A model generated the notes under the pieces. It did not search any database. It was not told the DNA's origin and saw nothing but the letters and a program-made list of their open reading frames with translations. The translations under genes were made by a program, and so were the position numbers. Below, one piece after another: positions 39,431 through 48,768 of a stretch of 64,000 bases of DNA. Origin of the DNA: a virus; IMG/VR virus record IMGVR_UViG_3300025727_000008, positions 14,573-78,572 of that record; one strand, written 5' to 3'. Positions within the stretch are counted from its first letter, which is position 1; the number at the start of each line of letters is the position of its first letter.

Positions 39431-40744
39431 ATGAAAATAAAAATAGCAATACCAACTGTCGGTGATAGTGGAAACACAACAAATTCTAGTTTTTTGTTTA
39501 GAGCAGAAGAAAAGGACAAATTTCTGTTTAGTAAGTTATACACAAGGGAATATGTTAAACCTAACTATATTTATAAAAGTCGTGGTTTAAATAATCGTGG
39601 TGAGAAAGTTATTACTTGTGGTAGAGTAACTATAGGAAATAATAACGATGACCCTGTTTTACACACTATATCTACAACTATTAATGATTCGTTATTCCCA
39701 ACAAAGATTAGAGATACGACAAAATCTAATTTTATGAATACTATTACATTTAAATATATTAATGGTTCTATGATGTTATTTTATGGTAGAACTAATAAAA
39801 GATATTATATTAATGGTATGTTGATAAATAAAGCAGACCTTATTAAAGCAATAAGTAAAATTATATTAAGGGCTTCATTAACTAGATGTAAAAACCAATT
39901 ATTTCAGTATATGAGAAAAGTAACACTATTTCCTCATAATGTTCTTTATGCTTTAGAAAATAGAACACCTTATCATTTTCAACATGAAATGAGAAAAACA
40001 GAAGTAGTAATTAATACTAAATTAATTAATGAAGAAGAATGTGTATTAGAAATATCTGATGGTATTTGGGGAGCATTAAAAACAAAAGAATTAAGCACTT
40101 TTATTGATTATTTTAAATATAATAAGAAGAGAAGTAAAACATGGAAAGTAGGAATTACTAATGAGTTCTTATGGGAACAATTAATGGGTGAACCACCTTC
40201 AAGAACAGAACTATCTAAAATGACGCAGTGGTTATTACAACATAGAACATCTGATTTAATAGAAGATAGAGCAACTAAATTGTTATTTGATATTTCCGCA
40301 GAAAATCCTGCTATTGATTTTGTTCAGTTTCGTAATCCACAAAATAAAGCATTATTTGTACATGGAAAATATTCTGATTGGGTTATAGTGTATATTGGTA
40401 AAGGTATGAAGCGAGGAAGACAAGATGTAGTAACCTACCAAATTAAAGCCCCTTCTAAAGAGAAAGGTAATTGGCATGGAATGAAACTTTCAGGTAGTAT
40501 TTGTATTGATAATGTGTCTAGAGGGTCTAGTATTGGCGACCAATTAGTTGCTAGAGCATTAGCGTTGGTTGATGAAAGAATAGCGGCACACCACCTTTAC
40601 ACGATTAAACCGTTGATAACCCCTGCATTAATTAGTGGGGATGTAATTATGCCGAGATTAGATAGAAAGAAATTAAATAGTTGGAATCAATCAAAGGCAA
40701 ATGAATATACTTTAAAGCAAACACAAAAGAGGAATGTAAAATGA
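39431..40744 (+). CDS. Hypothetical protein with candidate C-terminal E2 (UBC-like) domain
   Basis: LSGSICIDNV resembles the UBC active-site GxICLDIL; lies between the Ubl and E1 genes. Confidence 0.45.
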   Translation: MKIKIAIPTVGDSGNTTNSSFLFRAEEKDKFLFSKLYTREYVKPNYIYKSRGLNNRGEKVITCGRVTIGNNNDDPVLHTISTTINDSLFPTKIRDTTKSNFMNTITFKYINGSMMLFYGRTNKRYYINGMLINKADLIKAISKIILRASLTRCKNQLFQYMRKVTLFPHNVLYALENRTPYHFQHEMRKTEVVINTKLINEEECVLEISDGIWGALKTKELSTFIDYFKYNKKRSKTWKVGITNEFLWEQLMGEPPSRTELSKMTQWLLQHRTSDLIEDRATKLLFDISAENPAIDFVQFRNPQNKALFVHGKYSDWVIVYIGKGMKRGRQDVVTYQIKAPSKEKGNWHGMKLSGSICIDNVSRGSSIGDQLVARALALVDERIAAHHLYTIKPLITPALISGDVIMPRLDRKKLNSWNQSKANEYTLKQTQKRNVK

Positions 40745-41661
40745 AATGTTCAGAATGTAATTGTATTACAACTTCCTTTGATGAAAGATTAGGTGAAACT
40801 ATTTGTAATGATTGCGGTCTGATTTTATCAGTAGATATTTTTGAAGAAACAATGAGTGTAATTACAACAACAAAGCAACAAGGTAATATTAAATTTAATA
40901 GAAGTGCTGATATTTATACTCTAGGTTCTGTAATATGGAAGAATGATGTGAAGGTAGGCTACAATAGTAATAACTACAAGTTGTTTCGTGAACAATTAAG
41001 GTCAGTTTCTAATCCAACAGAACAAAAGTTCAAGGTTTCATCCGGTATGTTTTTATCTTATTATAGTGGAAAATCACTACTTCCTGAAGTTTTTTTGAAG
41101 TTTAAAATTCTTAAAGAAGAACATATAATAAGAGGACTACCTATTGATAATGTAGCCGCAGGTATAGTATATTATGTTCTTAAAGAAAAAAATATTCCTG
41201 TTTCATTGAAGGATTTTTCAAAGAAAAGTAAAATACCCACTAAAAATATAATGAGAACGGCTAAAAAACTAACTAAGAGGTTTGGTAAAGCACATGTATT
41301 TAGTGATTTAAATGTAAATGATATAATTAATCAATTTATAGAAAATTTAAATTCTTTAGAAGGTAAATGTAAGATACCTGATTCTGTTAGAATGGATTGT
41401 TACAATTTTATTGAATATATAAAAAGGTGTTATGATAATTTTAACTTAACATTTACAAGAAACCATATAATAACAGCAATATGGATGGTAGGACAAACAC
41501 ATATTTCACTAAATATAACACAAGATTCTCTCAAAGAATTATGTAACATAAGCCCATATACTATTAGACATAAAACTGAACAGATTTGTAATAATCTAAA
41601 TTTAGATAGAAGTAAATTGAAATTATATACTATTGAAAATATTATAAATGGGGTAAGATAA
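40741..41661 (+). CDS. tfb: Transcription factor B (TFB/TFIIB)-like protein
   Basis: N-terminal CSEC...DERLGETICNDCGLIL Zn ribbon plus two cyclin-like repeats (RGLPIDNVAAGIVY). Confidence 0.82.
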   Translation: MKCSECNCITTSFDERLGETICNDCGLILSVDIFEETMSVITTTKQQGNIKFNRSADIYTLGSVIWKNDVKVGYNSNNYKLFREQLRSVSNPTEQKFKVSSGMFLSYYSGKSLLPEVFLKFKILKEEHIIRGLPIDNVAAGIVYYVLKEKNIPVSLKDFSKKSKIPTKNIMRTAKKLTKRFGKAHVFSDLNVNDIINQFIENLNSLEGKCKIPDSVRMDCYNFIEYIKRCYDNFNLTFTRNHIITAIWMVGQTHISLNITQDSLKELCNISPYTIRHKTEQICNNLNLDRSKLKLYTIENIINGVR

Positions 41662-41662
41662 T

Positions 41663-41809
41663 ATGGGAATAATGAATGAAATAGATATAATGGTTAAAAA
41701 CCAAGAAAGCCCTGAAGAAATAGCAAAAGTTATTCTCAGTTCAGGGAATTTTGATGGTAATAGTGATGAAGCATTAAGATGTGCAATAGAAATAATAAAG
41801 GAGCAATAA
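41663..41809 (+). CDS. 48-aa three-helix peptide (missing from the track)
   Basis: Hand-translated MGIMNEIDIMVKNQESPEEIAKVILSSGNFDGNSDEALRCAIEIIKEQ; fills the gap between tfb and E1. Confidence 0.55.
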   Translation: MGIMNEIDIMVKNQESPEEIAKVILSSGNFDGNSDEALRCAIEIIKEQ

Positions 41810-41811
41810 AA

Positions 41812-42453
41812 ATGAAAATAAAAAAATTAAAACAAAGAAAAATATTGATAATAGGAGCAGGTGGGATAGGTAGTTATCTTGTATCTTTCCTAGAAAGAAT
41901 TAGTGAGAGAAGACAACCACTTTATCACATTACTATTTATGATGATGATAAAGTAGAAGAAAAGAATTTATCTTATCAGAATTATAATGTAAGTGATGTT
42001 GGTAAAACAAAAGTAAGCGTTGTTGGTAATTCAGTAGGGATAAAACCTGCTATAATTAATCGAGAAGAATTTCAAGTATTAATATCTAAACAAATGCATG
42101 GATATAAAGGTAAATATCCTTATGACCTTGTAATTTGTTGTGTTGATAATCTTGCTGCTAGAAGATTAATGTATAAAGAAGGACATGGAGAAGATTGTCC
42201 TGTAAAATGGTTAGACCTTAGAGCGCAAGGTAGAAATGCAGTATTGATTTCTTACAAAGTTAATCCTATATTAATACCGGATTTACTTGCCGGTGCAGAT
42301 GGTTCATTTAGTTGCCAAAATGGAGATTGGGATGGTTCTGCTAAAGACGTTAATTCAATGCATATTGCAATAGCAGGTATTGGAACTCAATGGATTCAAC
42401 GATGGTTTAATGATAATAATGATGTTGCAGATAAAATGGTGGTGCATGTATGA
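41812..42453 (+). CDS. ThiF/MoeB/E1-like adenylating enzyme
   Basis: IIGAGGIGS, YDDDKVEEKNLSYQ, VGKTKV, VICCVDNLAARR, candidate catalytic SC. Confidence 0.9.
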   Translation: MKIKKLKQRKILIIGAGGIGSYLVSFLERISERRQPLYHITIYDDDKVEEKNLSYQNYNVSDVGKTKVSVVGNSVGIKPAIINREEFQVLISKQMHGYKGKYPYDLVICCVDNLAARRLMYKEGHGEDCPVKWLDLRAQGRNAVLISYKVNPILIPDLLAGADGSFSCQNGDWDGSAKDVNSMHIAIAGIGTQWIQRWFNDNNDVADKMVVHV

Positions 42454-42686
42454 GAGCCGCGTCAAAGGCTCATGTTGAGTATGAAGTGTTAAGATATATT
42501 CTTAATAATATAGACTTGTCTGATTTAGAAGAAAGAATGTGTCCTAAAGATGATGCTAAGTTAGAGTTACTAACTAAGAGATTTAATGATGGTGCAAACG
42601 CTATTTCTAAACAGATTAATAATAAGATTCAAAGTAGGAAGAATAAACTTCCAAAGAAGCATTCAGCATATGAGGTGAAAGAATGA
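42450..42686 (+). CDS. Hypothetical protein
   Basis: ATGA-coupled to E1. Confidence 0.6.
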   Translation: MRAASKAHVEYEVLRYILNNIDLSDLEERMCPKDDAKLELLTKRFNDGANAISKQINNKIQSRKNKLPKKHSAYEVKE

Positions 42687-42973
42687 GTGATGAAAGTGGA
42701 ATGCTAAAAGAGATGTGCGACGAGTGTGGTAAGGATTATTCAGGTGACGAGATTCGACGCTGCTCTATCTGCAACACAGCAGTTCACATGAACAGTTGTG
42801 GGGATGAGTGGAAGTATGACGAGTCACTACATGACGAGCATCACAGAAGCGGTGATGTGTGTTCCCGCTGCGTAACAAACATTATCTTACACCACTTACA
42901 ACATTTAGGTGAGAGTGAGGATAGACAAGCCAACTTTACTTGGTGGTTCAACAAAGGAGATGAAGAAGAATGA
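42683..42973 (+). CDS. C4HC3 PHD/RING-variant-like Zn-finger protein
   Basis: CDEC-x11-CSIC-x4-H-x3-C-x20-CSRC. Confidence 0.6.
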   Translation: MSDESGMLKEMCDECGKDYSGDEIRRCSICNTAVHMNSCGDEWKYDESLHDEHHRSGDVCSRCVTNIILHHLQHLGESEDRQANFTWWFNKGDEEE

Positions 42974-43524
42974 ATGATAAAGAAGAAGATGATAGAATGA
43001 TTGATGAAAGCAAATACGAAGGACACACACCTGCACCTTGGCGAGTTGAAAACGGAAGCATACACGCAAAAGCCGATTGGTGGTCAGGAGCAGGTGATAT
43101 GATTTTCTTTTCAAAACGACACGGACAAGATGCAAACTCACAACTCATGGCAGACGCACCACTTCTCTTAGCAGAAGTCAAGCGGTTGCGTAAGATATTA
43201 GGCGATATTGTTGAGACTGAATCTCCGGAAATATGTTTGGCTTGTAATGGAGTGAATAAAGACCCCGAAACTCACGGATATTGTGAAAACTGCCGAGTGA
43301 AATGCGAGATTTGCGGAAATTATTTGGATGAAGACACCGAAGGAGAAAATTATGAGAATGAGAATTGTGGGTGTTGTTATGTTGAAGCAGGGATTATCCC
43401 CGAATGGATGGGTCATTCCTATTACGCCAACGATTATCTCAAAGATTTCTCCCCCAAAGTGTTAGAAGAATACGGGTATGATAACCCTTGTGATTGTGGG
43501 GATGAGGAAGGTGATGCAGAATGA
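42970..43524 (+). CDS. Phage HTPxPW-type protein with Cys-rich C-terminus
   Basis: GHTPAPWRV...ADAPLLLAEVKRL; several CxxC. Confidence 0.6.
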   Translation: MNDKEEDDRMIDESKYEGHTPAPWRVENGSIHAKADWWSGAGDMIFFSKRHGQDANSQLMADAPLLLAEVKRLRKILGDIVETESPEICLACNGVNKDPETHGYCENCRVKCEICGNYLDEDTEGENYENENCGCCYVEAGIIPEWMGHSYYANDYLKDFSPKVLEEYGYDNPCDCGDEEGDAE

Positions 43525-43781
43525 AGTATATTCATTTCAATATATTAGATAGGGTTCTATGTGATGCAGAAGCAGAACCCGTTCCAGAAAAATTGGCAAA
43601 CACTAGAAGATTGTGTAATGATTGTATTCAAGTTATATGGAAGGAACAGTATAGTAGAAGTCGATTTTTTCCCCAAGAGTGGGTAGAAAAAGTTGATACA
43701 CAAACGGAGTTATTACCACCTAAAAAAATAAAACCATTAGCGTATTATTTAAAATTAAAGGAAGTACAACTATGGGAGTAA
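43521..43781 (+). CDS. Hypothetical Zn-binding protein
   Basis: H...LC...CNDC. Confidence 0.55.
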   Translation: MKYIHFNILDRVLCDAEAEPVPEKLANTRRLCNDCIQVIWKEQYSRSRFFPQEWVEKVDTQTELLPPKKIKPLAYYLKLKEVQLWE

Positions 43782-43969
43782 AAAGATACCGGTATATGGA
43801 TGGTGAAAAAGGTGATGAACAATACCTAAAAGCGAAAGATGAGGAATCAGAAGCCGTAACCATGTTTATGCACAATCTAATAGAAAGGGCTGAAATAAAA
43901 GCAAGTAAATATAGAAATATTGCTTTACTTTCTAATGTCTGTTGGATTTTAGTATATTATTGGTGGTGA
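43772..43969 (+). CDS. Small protein with C-terminal TM anchor
   Basis: IALLSNVCWILVYYWW. Confidence 0.5.
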   Translation: MGVKRYRYMDGEKGDEQYLKAKDEESEAVTMFMHNLIERAEIKASKYRNIALLSNVCWILVYYWW

Positions 43970-44055
43970 AAGTATGAGCAATGACTCAGTAAATAATTGC
44001 CCTATTTGTAAAGAACCAATGAAATTAATGAAGGGAATATCCCATAAATCCCGTT

Positions 44056-44376
44056 ATGATGACGGTGTTTCAACACAATACCATTATTGTGTTCATTGTA
44101 GTGAAGAAAAATGGAAAAACAAGGAGAGTGAATAAAATGGTAGAAGATACAGATATAGATGATATAATAGAAGAAGATGTAGGGAATATAATGAATGTAA
44201 TAACAACTGATGGTTATTATATTCAAGCCCAAGTAGTAAAGGTATCATGCCCTGCTTGTGGTGAGGAATTTTTAGGAACTAAACGCCATGCTGGTGGATT
44301 TATTGCAGGTCATATAGCCTTTCATGAATTTGAAAATACCCGCGACACAATAGTAGAATCAATGGGGGGAATATAA
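44056..44376 (+). CDS. C2H2-like Zn-finger protein (likely start MVEDTD)
   Basis: CPAC...GHIAFH. Confidence 0.55.
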   Translation: MMTVFQHNTIIVFIVVKKNGKTRRVNKMVEDTDIDDIIEEDVGNIMNVITTDGYYIQAQVVKVSCPACGEEFLGTKRHAGGFIAGHIAFHEFENTRDTIVESMGGI

Positions 44377-44462
44377 TTGGTTTCGTGGTCGTTTGAAGAA
44401 AGAACAATGTTATATGAATTAGATAATGATGGACACCTGATGGTAATTAGGAGTGAAATAAA

Positions 44463-45025
44463 ATGAAAGAAAAAATAAAAATAGAAGAAGAAAATAAAGC
44501 AATGAAAGATTTTGATTGGAAGAATCACATTAGGGATGTGTATAAAGATATGAATAAAATCAATGAAGGTGGTGTTAATTTTATTAGCCCTTGCCAAGAT
44601 AGTGAAGTATTTTTAACATCAATTTGGAATATGTCTATGGATGTATTAGATGGTATGGAAGTGCAAGTAGTTATTGACGACAAAGATGATTTGTATATCA
44701 GTAGTGGTTCAGCATCATTTGTATCTTTTGAAAATCATGAAGATGAATTAGTAAATGGTGCGCCAATGAGAATACCAATTAAATCATGGATTCATACCCA
44801 TCCATTTGGTGAGGCTTACCTTAGCGGTACAGATTGGAAAACAGTAAAGACATGGCAACCTATTATGAAAAGTGCTATTGTGTTAGGTGATAATCAATAC
44901 CTTGCGGTGAACATGGATAATGCTAGATACGAAAAGGGAACTTTTTCAGCAAAGAAGGTTTACTATGGATTATTAGAACAAACTAATTTTGGTGATGTAG
45001 AACCTATGATGGAAGGTGAAGAATA

Positions 45026-45026
<1 letters not shown>
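44463..45026 (+). CDS. JAB/MPN+ (JAMM) metalloprotease
   Basis: Glu in MEVQV plus HTHPFGEAYLSGTD = HxH-x7-S-x2-D JAMM motif. Confidence 0.88.
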
Positions 45027-45325
<299 letters not shown>

Positions 45326-45423
45326 ATGACTACATTAACTGAAGAGAATAGCAGACAAACAACATTAGAAGAATTTGGATTATTTTTATACTTAAAGTTT
45401 GGAGATGAAGAATGGTGGTTAGA

Positions 45424-45867
45424 ATGAAGAAATTTATTGCAATATTATTTGCATCAATTCTATTAGCAGGGTGTTCCATTCCTGACCCTGAAGAAGTATT
45501 TGCTGAAGAAAAGGAAGCCCCTAAAGAATGGATTAATATTAATGGGTCATTTACTTATTTAATTAATGATATGAATAATTCTACACAAGAAACTATTTGG
45601 ATAAATGTTAATAGTTCTCATGGTTTAATTGAGTTAGATAGTTTCCAATATAATATTACACATCTAAGTTTTGAAGTAGTGAATAATACAGTTTATTTTC
45701 ATAACTATACATATGTTGTATCGGGTTATCTTGAACAAAATAATTTTATGTGGAATATTGGATATGCACCTAATTTTGGTAATGCAAGTTTAATATTTCC
45801 AACCTTTCCATTTGATGTAACTATTTATTACAATGTTAATTATCGTATATGGAATGGTCAAGAATGA
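45424..45867 (+). CDS. Putative lipoprotein
   Basis: MKKFIAILFASILLAGC signal with lipobox; multiple N-x-S/T sequons. Confidence 0.7.
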   Translation: MKKFIAILFASILLAGCSIPDPEEVFAEEKEAPKEWININGSFTYLINDMNNSTQETIWINVNSSHGLIELDSFQYNITHLSFEVVNNTVYFHNYTYVVSGYLEQNNFMWNIGYAPNFGNASLIFPTFPFDVTIYYNVNYRIWNGQE

Positions 45868-46265
45868 ATAAGAAAGCATTGACTGTTCATTTTCCTGCAC
45901 CATTACCAGCAGAAATACCTTGCCCTATTTGTGAAGGCAATAAATGTAAGGTTTGTGATAAAACAGGTAAGATGAAATTAGTAGTAGATGCTAAAGTACC
46001 AATACAAAGAAATCTTATTATAAAATATATTTCTAATAATTTAGAACATATAGCAATAGAATTATCTAGACAGTATGGTTTAGTTCCTGAAGTTAATACT
46101 GAAGAAATATTTGAGTGTGATGAAGGAACAACATATGAAATTGCAAAGATAAGTAGTTTAGGTGGAGTGATATGGATAGCAAGCAGATTAGACAAATTAG
46201 AATCTCCTAGATATTTTAATAGTGTTAAAGAATTAACTCGATTTAAAGAAGGGTGGTTTACATGA
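45849..46265 (+). CDS. Protein with DnaJ-type CxxCxG Zn finger
   Basis: CPICEGNKCKVCDKTG. Confidence 0.6.
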   Translation: MEWSRMNKKALTVHFPAPLPAEIPCPICEGNKCKVCDKTGKMKLVVDAKVPIQRNLIIKYISNNLEHIAIELSRQYGLVPEVNTEEIFECDEGTTYEIAKISSLGGVIWIASRLDKLESPRYFNSVKELTRFKEGWFT

Positions 46266-46492
46266 GTGATGATATGGATATAATAGCAAGAGTACCACGA
46301 AATGCTACCACTGAACTATTAATCAAAACAGGAACTTTTTGGAAAATTGAAGTGGTAGATATTAGATGGTATTCTGATGGTAAACCAACAAGAAAAGGAG
46401 TAAGAATAAATATGGATGAATTGCCTACTTTAATTAAGGCACTTCAAAAAATTAATAATAAAAATGAGGCAAACAAGGATGAGTCTGAGTAG
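46253..46492 (+). CDS. PC4/YdbC-like ssDNA-binding protein
   Basis: VVDIRWYSDGKPTRKGVRINMDEL is a PC4-family signature. Confidence 0.78.
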   Translation: MVYMSDDMDIIARVPRNATTELLIKTGTFWKIEVVDIRWYSDGKPTRKGVRINMDELPTLIKALQKINNKNEANKDESE

Positions 46493-48008
46493 ATTATCAA
46501 AAATGTGTGAAGCAATAGAAATAACTAATAGTTTCAAAGATAAAATTAAAATTATAGATGAATCGTTGAGTTCATTTTCTAATCCTAAATTAGTGTTAGA
46601 TATTCTAACTCTAAATTTAGAAACTAATTCTATTGGTAATAAACGAGCAATAACTTGGGTTGCTAATGCTTTAGAGTTGTTTGAAGAAGAAGTTAAAAGT
46701 CAAGAAGAAATATGGGGAGATATAGGAGAAGGACTGTATCAATATTTACCTAGTAAAGAAGATAGTAAACTTTCAATTAAAGAAGTTTATTCCTTATTAT
46801 TATTAGATTGTTCTAGTATTAACAGTAATTCATATGTTATTTTTGCTAGTGCAATAAAAGATATGTCTGATTTAGAGATTAAATGGTTTATTAGATATTG
46901 GTTAAGGATTCCTAGAAATAGAGTTTCATATTCAATTGTTGTTAAGGCAATAAATAAAAGATTTCCTAATAATGATGTAATTAAATTATGTAATATACAA
47001 CATGTTTCAATAGTATTTTCTTATTTAGAATCAGGTAGAACACCACCTACTACTATACAAACAGGAATGTTTCTAAAACCATCATTGGCTAAAACTTATA
47101 ATTCTAATTTACCTTCAGAATATATTTTAGACATAAAGTATGATGGTAATAGATATCAAATACATAAAGATAATAAAAATGTTATGATTTTTAATAGAAA
47201 AGGTAAACTTGTAACTCATCAGTTTCCTGATGTAGCAGAACAGGTTTCACACTTCAATGCCAATAGTTGTATTTTAGATACTGAAATATATCCCATAATT
47301 AAAAATGGTAGTATAGACCCTGCACCACACAAGAAAATGGCGGCAAGGGTACATTCCAAAGATAAACAAGAAGCCTTGCTTAAATGCCCAGTTAAAATGG
47401 TAATTTTTGATATTATACAATACATGGGTGAGTTATTAATTGACGAACCATATAGAATAAGGTTATCACATCTATTGGATTTTCCAATAGAAAATAGAGT
47501 ATGGAGTTTTGATATAGATACTTCGATTGAATCAGCATATAACATTGCTATTAATAGAGGATTTGAGGGTATTATGATTAAAGATTTAAATGCCCCATAC
47601 AAAAGTGGTAGGAGTAATAATATATTGAAACATAAACCTTCTAGAATAGAATTAGATGTAGTTATTACTTCTGCTGAATATGGTAAAGGTAGAAGGACAG
47701 GTGTGTTTAGTTCATTTGGAATTTCAGTAAAAACTGAAAATGGATATGAAAGTATAGGTAAAGTAGGCACTGGATTATCAGATAGTGATTTGCTACATCT
47801 AACAACAGAACTTAAGAAGATAATAGATAACTATTCTTCGGATGTGTATTATGTATTACCTAGAATAGTTTTAGAAGTTAGATGTGATTTAATATCACAA
47901 GATTCTAATGGTAATTATGGATTAAGGTTTCCTAGAGTAGAGAGAATTAGAAATGATAAACACCCATATGATTGCAATACTTTAGAAGATGTTAAAAACA
48001 ATAGGTAA
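46464..48008 (+). CDS. lig: ATP-dependent DNA ligase (replicative, archaeal type)
   Basis: DIKYDGNR, LDTE, IFDI, EGIMIK, KVGTG, LRFPRV..IRNDK. Confidence 0.93.
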   Translation: MRQTRMSLSRLSKMCEAIEITNSFKDKIKIIDESLSSFSNPKLVLDILTLNLETNSIGNKRAITWVANALELFEEEVKSQEEIWGDIGEGLYQYLPSKEDSKLSIKEVYSLLLLDCSSINSNSYVIFASAIKDMSDLEIKWFIRYWLRIPRNRVSYSIVVKAINKRFPNNDVIKLCNIQHVSIVFSYLESGRTPPTTIQTGMFLKPSLAKTYNSNLPSEYILDIKYDGNRYQIHKDNKNVMIFNRKGKLVTHQFPDVAEQVSHFNANSCILDTEIYPIIKNGSIDPAPHKKMAARVHSKDKQEALLKCPVKMVIFDIIQYMGELLIDEPYRIRLSHLLDFPIENRVWSFDIDTSIESAYNIAINRGFEGIMIKDLNAPYKSGRSNNILKHKPSRIELDVVITSAEYGKGRRTGVFSSFGISVKTENGYESIGKVGTGLSDSDLLHLTTELKKIIDNYSSDVYYVLPRIVLEVRCDLISQDSNGNYGLRFPRVERIRNDKHPYDCNTLEDVKNNR

Positions 48009-48040
48009 AATATTAATTACCTACAGCCAAAGGCAAGTAT

Positions 48041-48442
48041 ATGTTAGACCGGAATGTGGTTCTTGGTATTTGTTCAATAATAGCAAAACCCACAGTATCA
48101 ATTATTAAAGCCGAAAGATATAGTATGGGATATAGAGTTAAATTATCAATAGTATTTAGAAGCAATGCTGAAAGGTTGTTGGCACTTCAGCGTTGCTTCC
48201 TTCAAAACAATATAGAAAGTAAATATAAAATATCTGAATCAAAAAGTAGACAAAGACCTATTCTGATTATATCTAAGTTAAATGATATATCTAAATTTGT
48301 AGAAACATATGATATTGTTTCAGTATCTTTTAGTGATAATTGGGATATATTTATTAATGTTAAAAAATTAATAGGAGAAAACTCACATAAAACTATGAAG
48401 GGTCTTGATGAAATAATAGAATTAAAGGGGTATTTAATATGA
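48041..48442 (+). CDS. Degenerate single-domain LAGLIDADG-like protein
   Basis: YSMGYRVKLSIVF...LLALQRCF...HKTMKGLDEIIELK pattern; catalytic motif not evident. Confidence 0.5.
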   Translation: MLDRNVVLGICSIIAKPTVSIIKAERYSMGYRVKLSIVFRSNAERLLALQRCFLQNNIESKYKISESKSRQRPILIISKLNDISKFVETYDIVSVSFSDNWDIFINVKKLIGENSHKTMKGLDEIIELKGYLI

Positions 48443-48768
48443 AGTGTGTTAGATGTAATCTAAGAAATACTTCATCAAATAAAGACATGTGTAACATGTG
48501 TTATCTAAATATATTAGATAATAAACCTAAAAATAAAGTTGATGATGTAGAGATATTAGAATATCATATTCACAAGGCTCTTTGGGATGGTTGCAACGAT
48601 TGTGGTTGTAATGATTTTTATTGTGATGCAGGTATAAAAGAAGAAAAAGAAGTTAAATGGTACATATTAAAAGTTCGATGTCCCAATTGTAATAGTAATT
48701 ATGAACAAATAATGGAAGTAAGAATAAATGAGTTTAATAAAAATAAGCAAAGAACACATGAGCAGTAA
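48439..48768 (+). CDS. Cys-rich Zn-ribbon protein
   Basis: Four CxxC pairs. Confidence 0.6.
   Translation: MKCVRCNLRNTSSNKDMCNMCYLNILDNKPKNKVDDVEILEYHIHKALWDGCNDCGCNDFYCDAGIKEEKEVKWYILKVRCPNCNSNYEQIMEVRINEFNKNKQRTHEQ

Noticed and set aside
39085-39465. 126-aa ORF overlapping the end of nrdJ
   Set aside because: Extremely AT-rich, no clear start or SD, overlaps both neighbours; may be a remnant but cannot be supported
41812-42453. E1/ThiF as a thiamine or molybdopterin biosynthesis auxiliary gene
   Set aside because: No thiG, moaE, cysteine desulfurase or rhodanese in the window; capped Ubl plus JAB fits conjugation better, though sulfur transfer is not formally excluded
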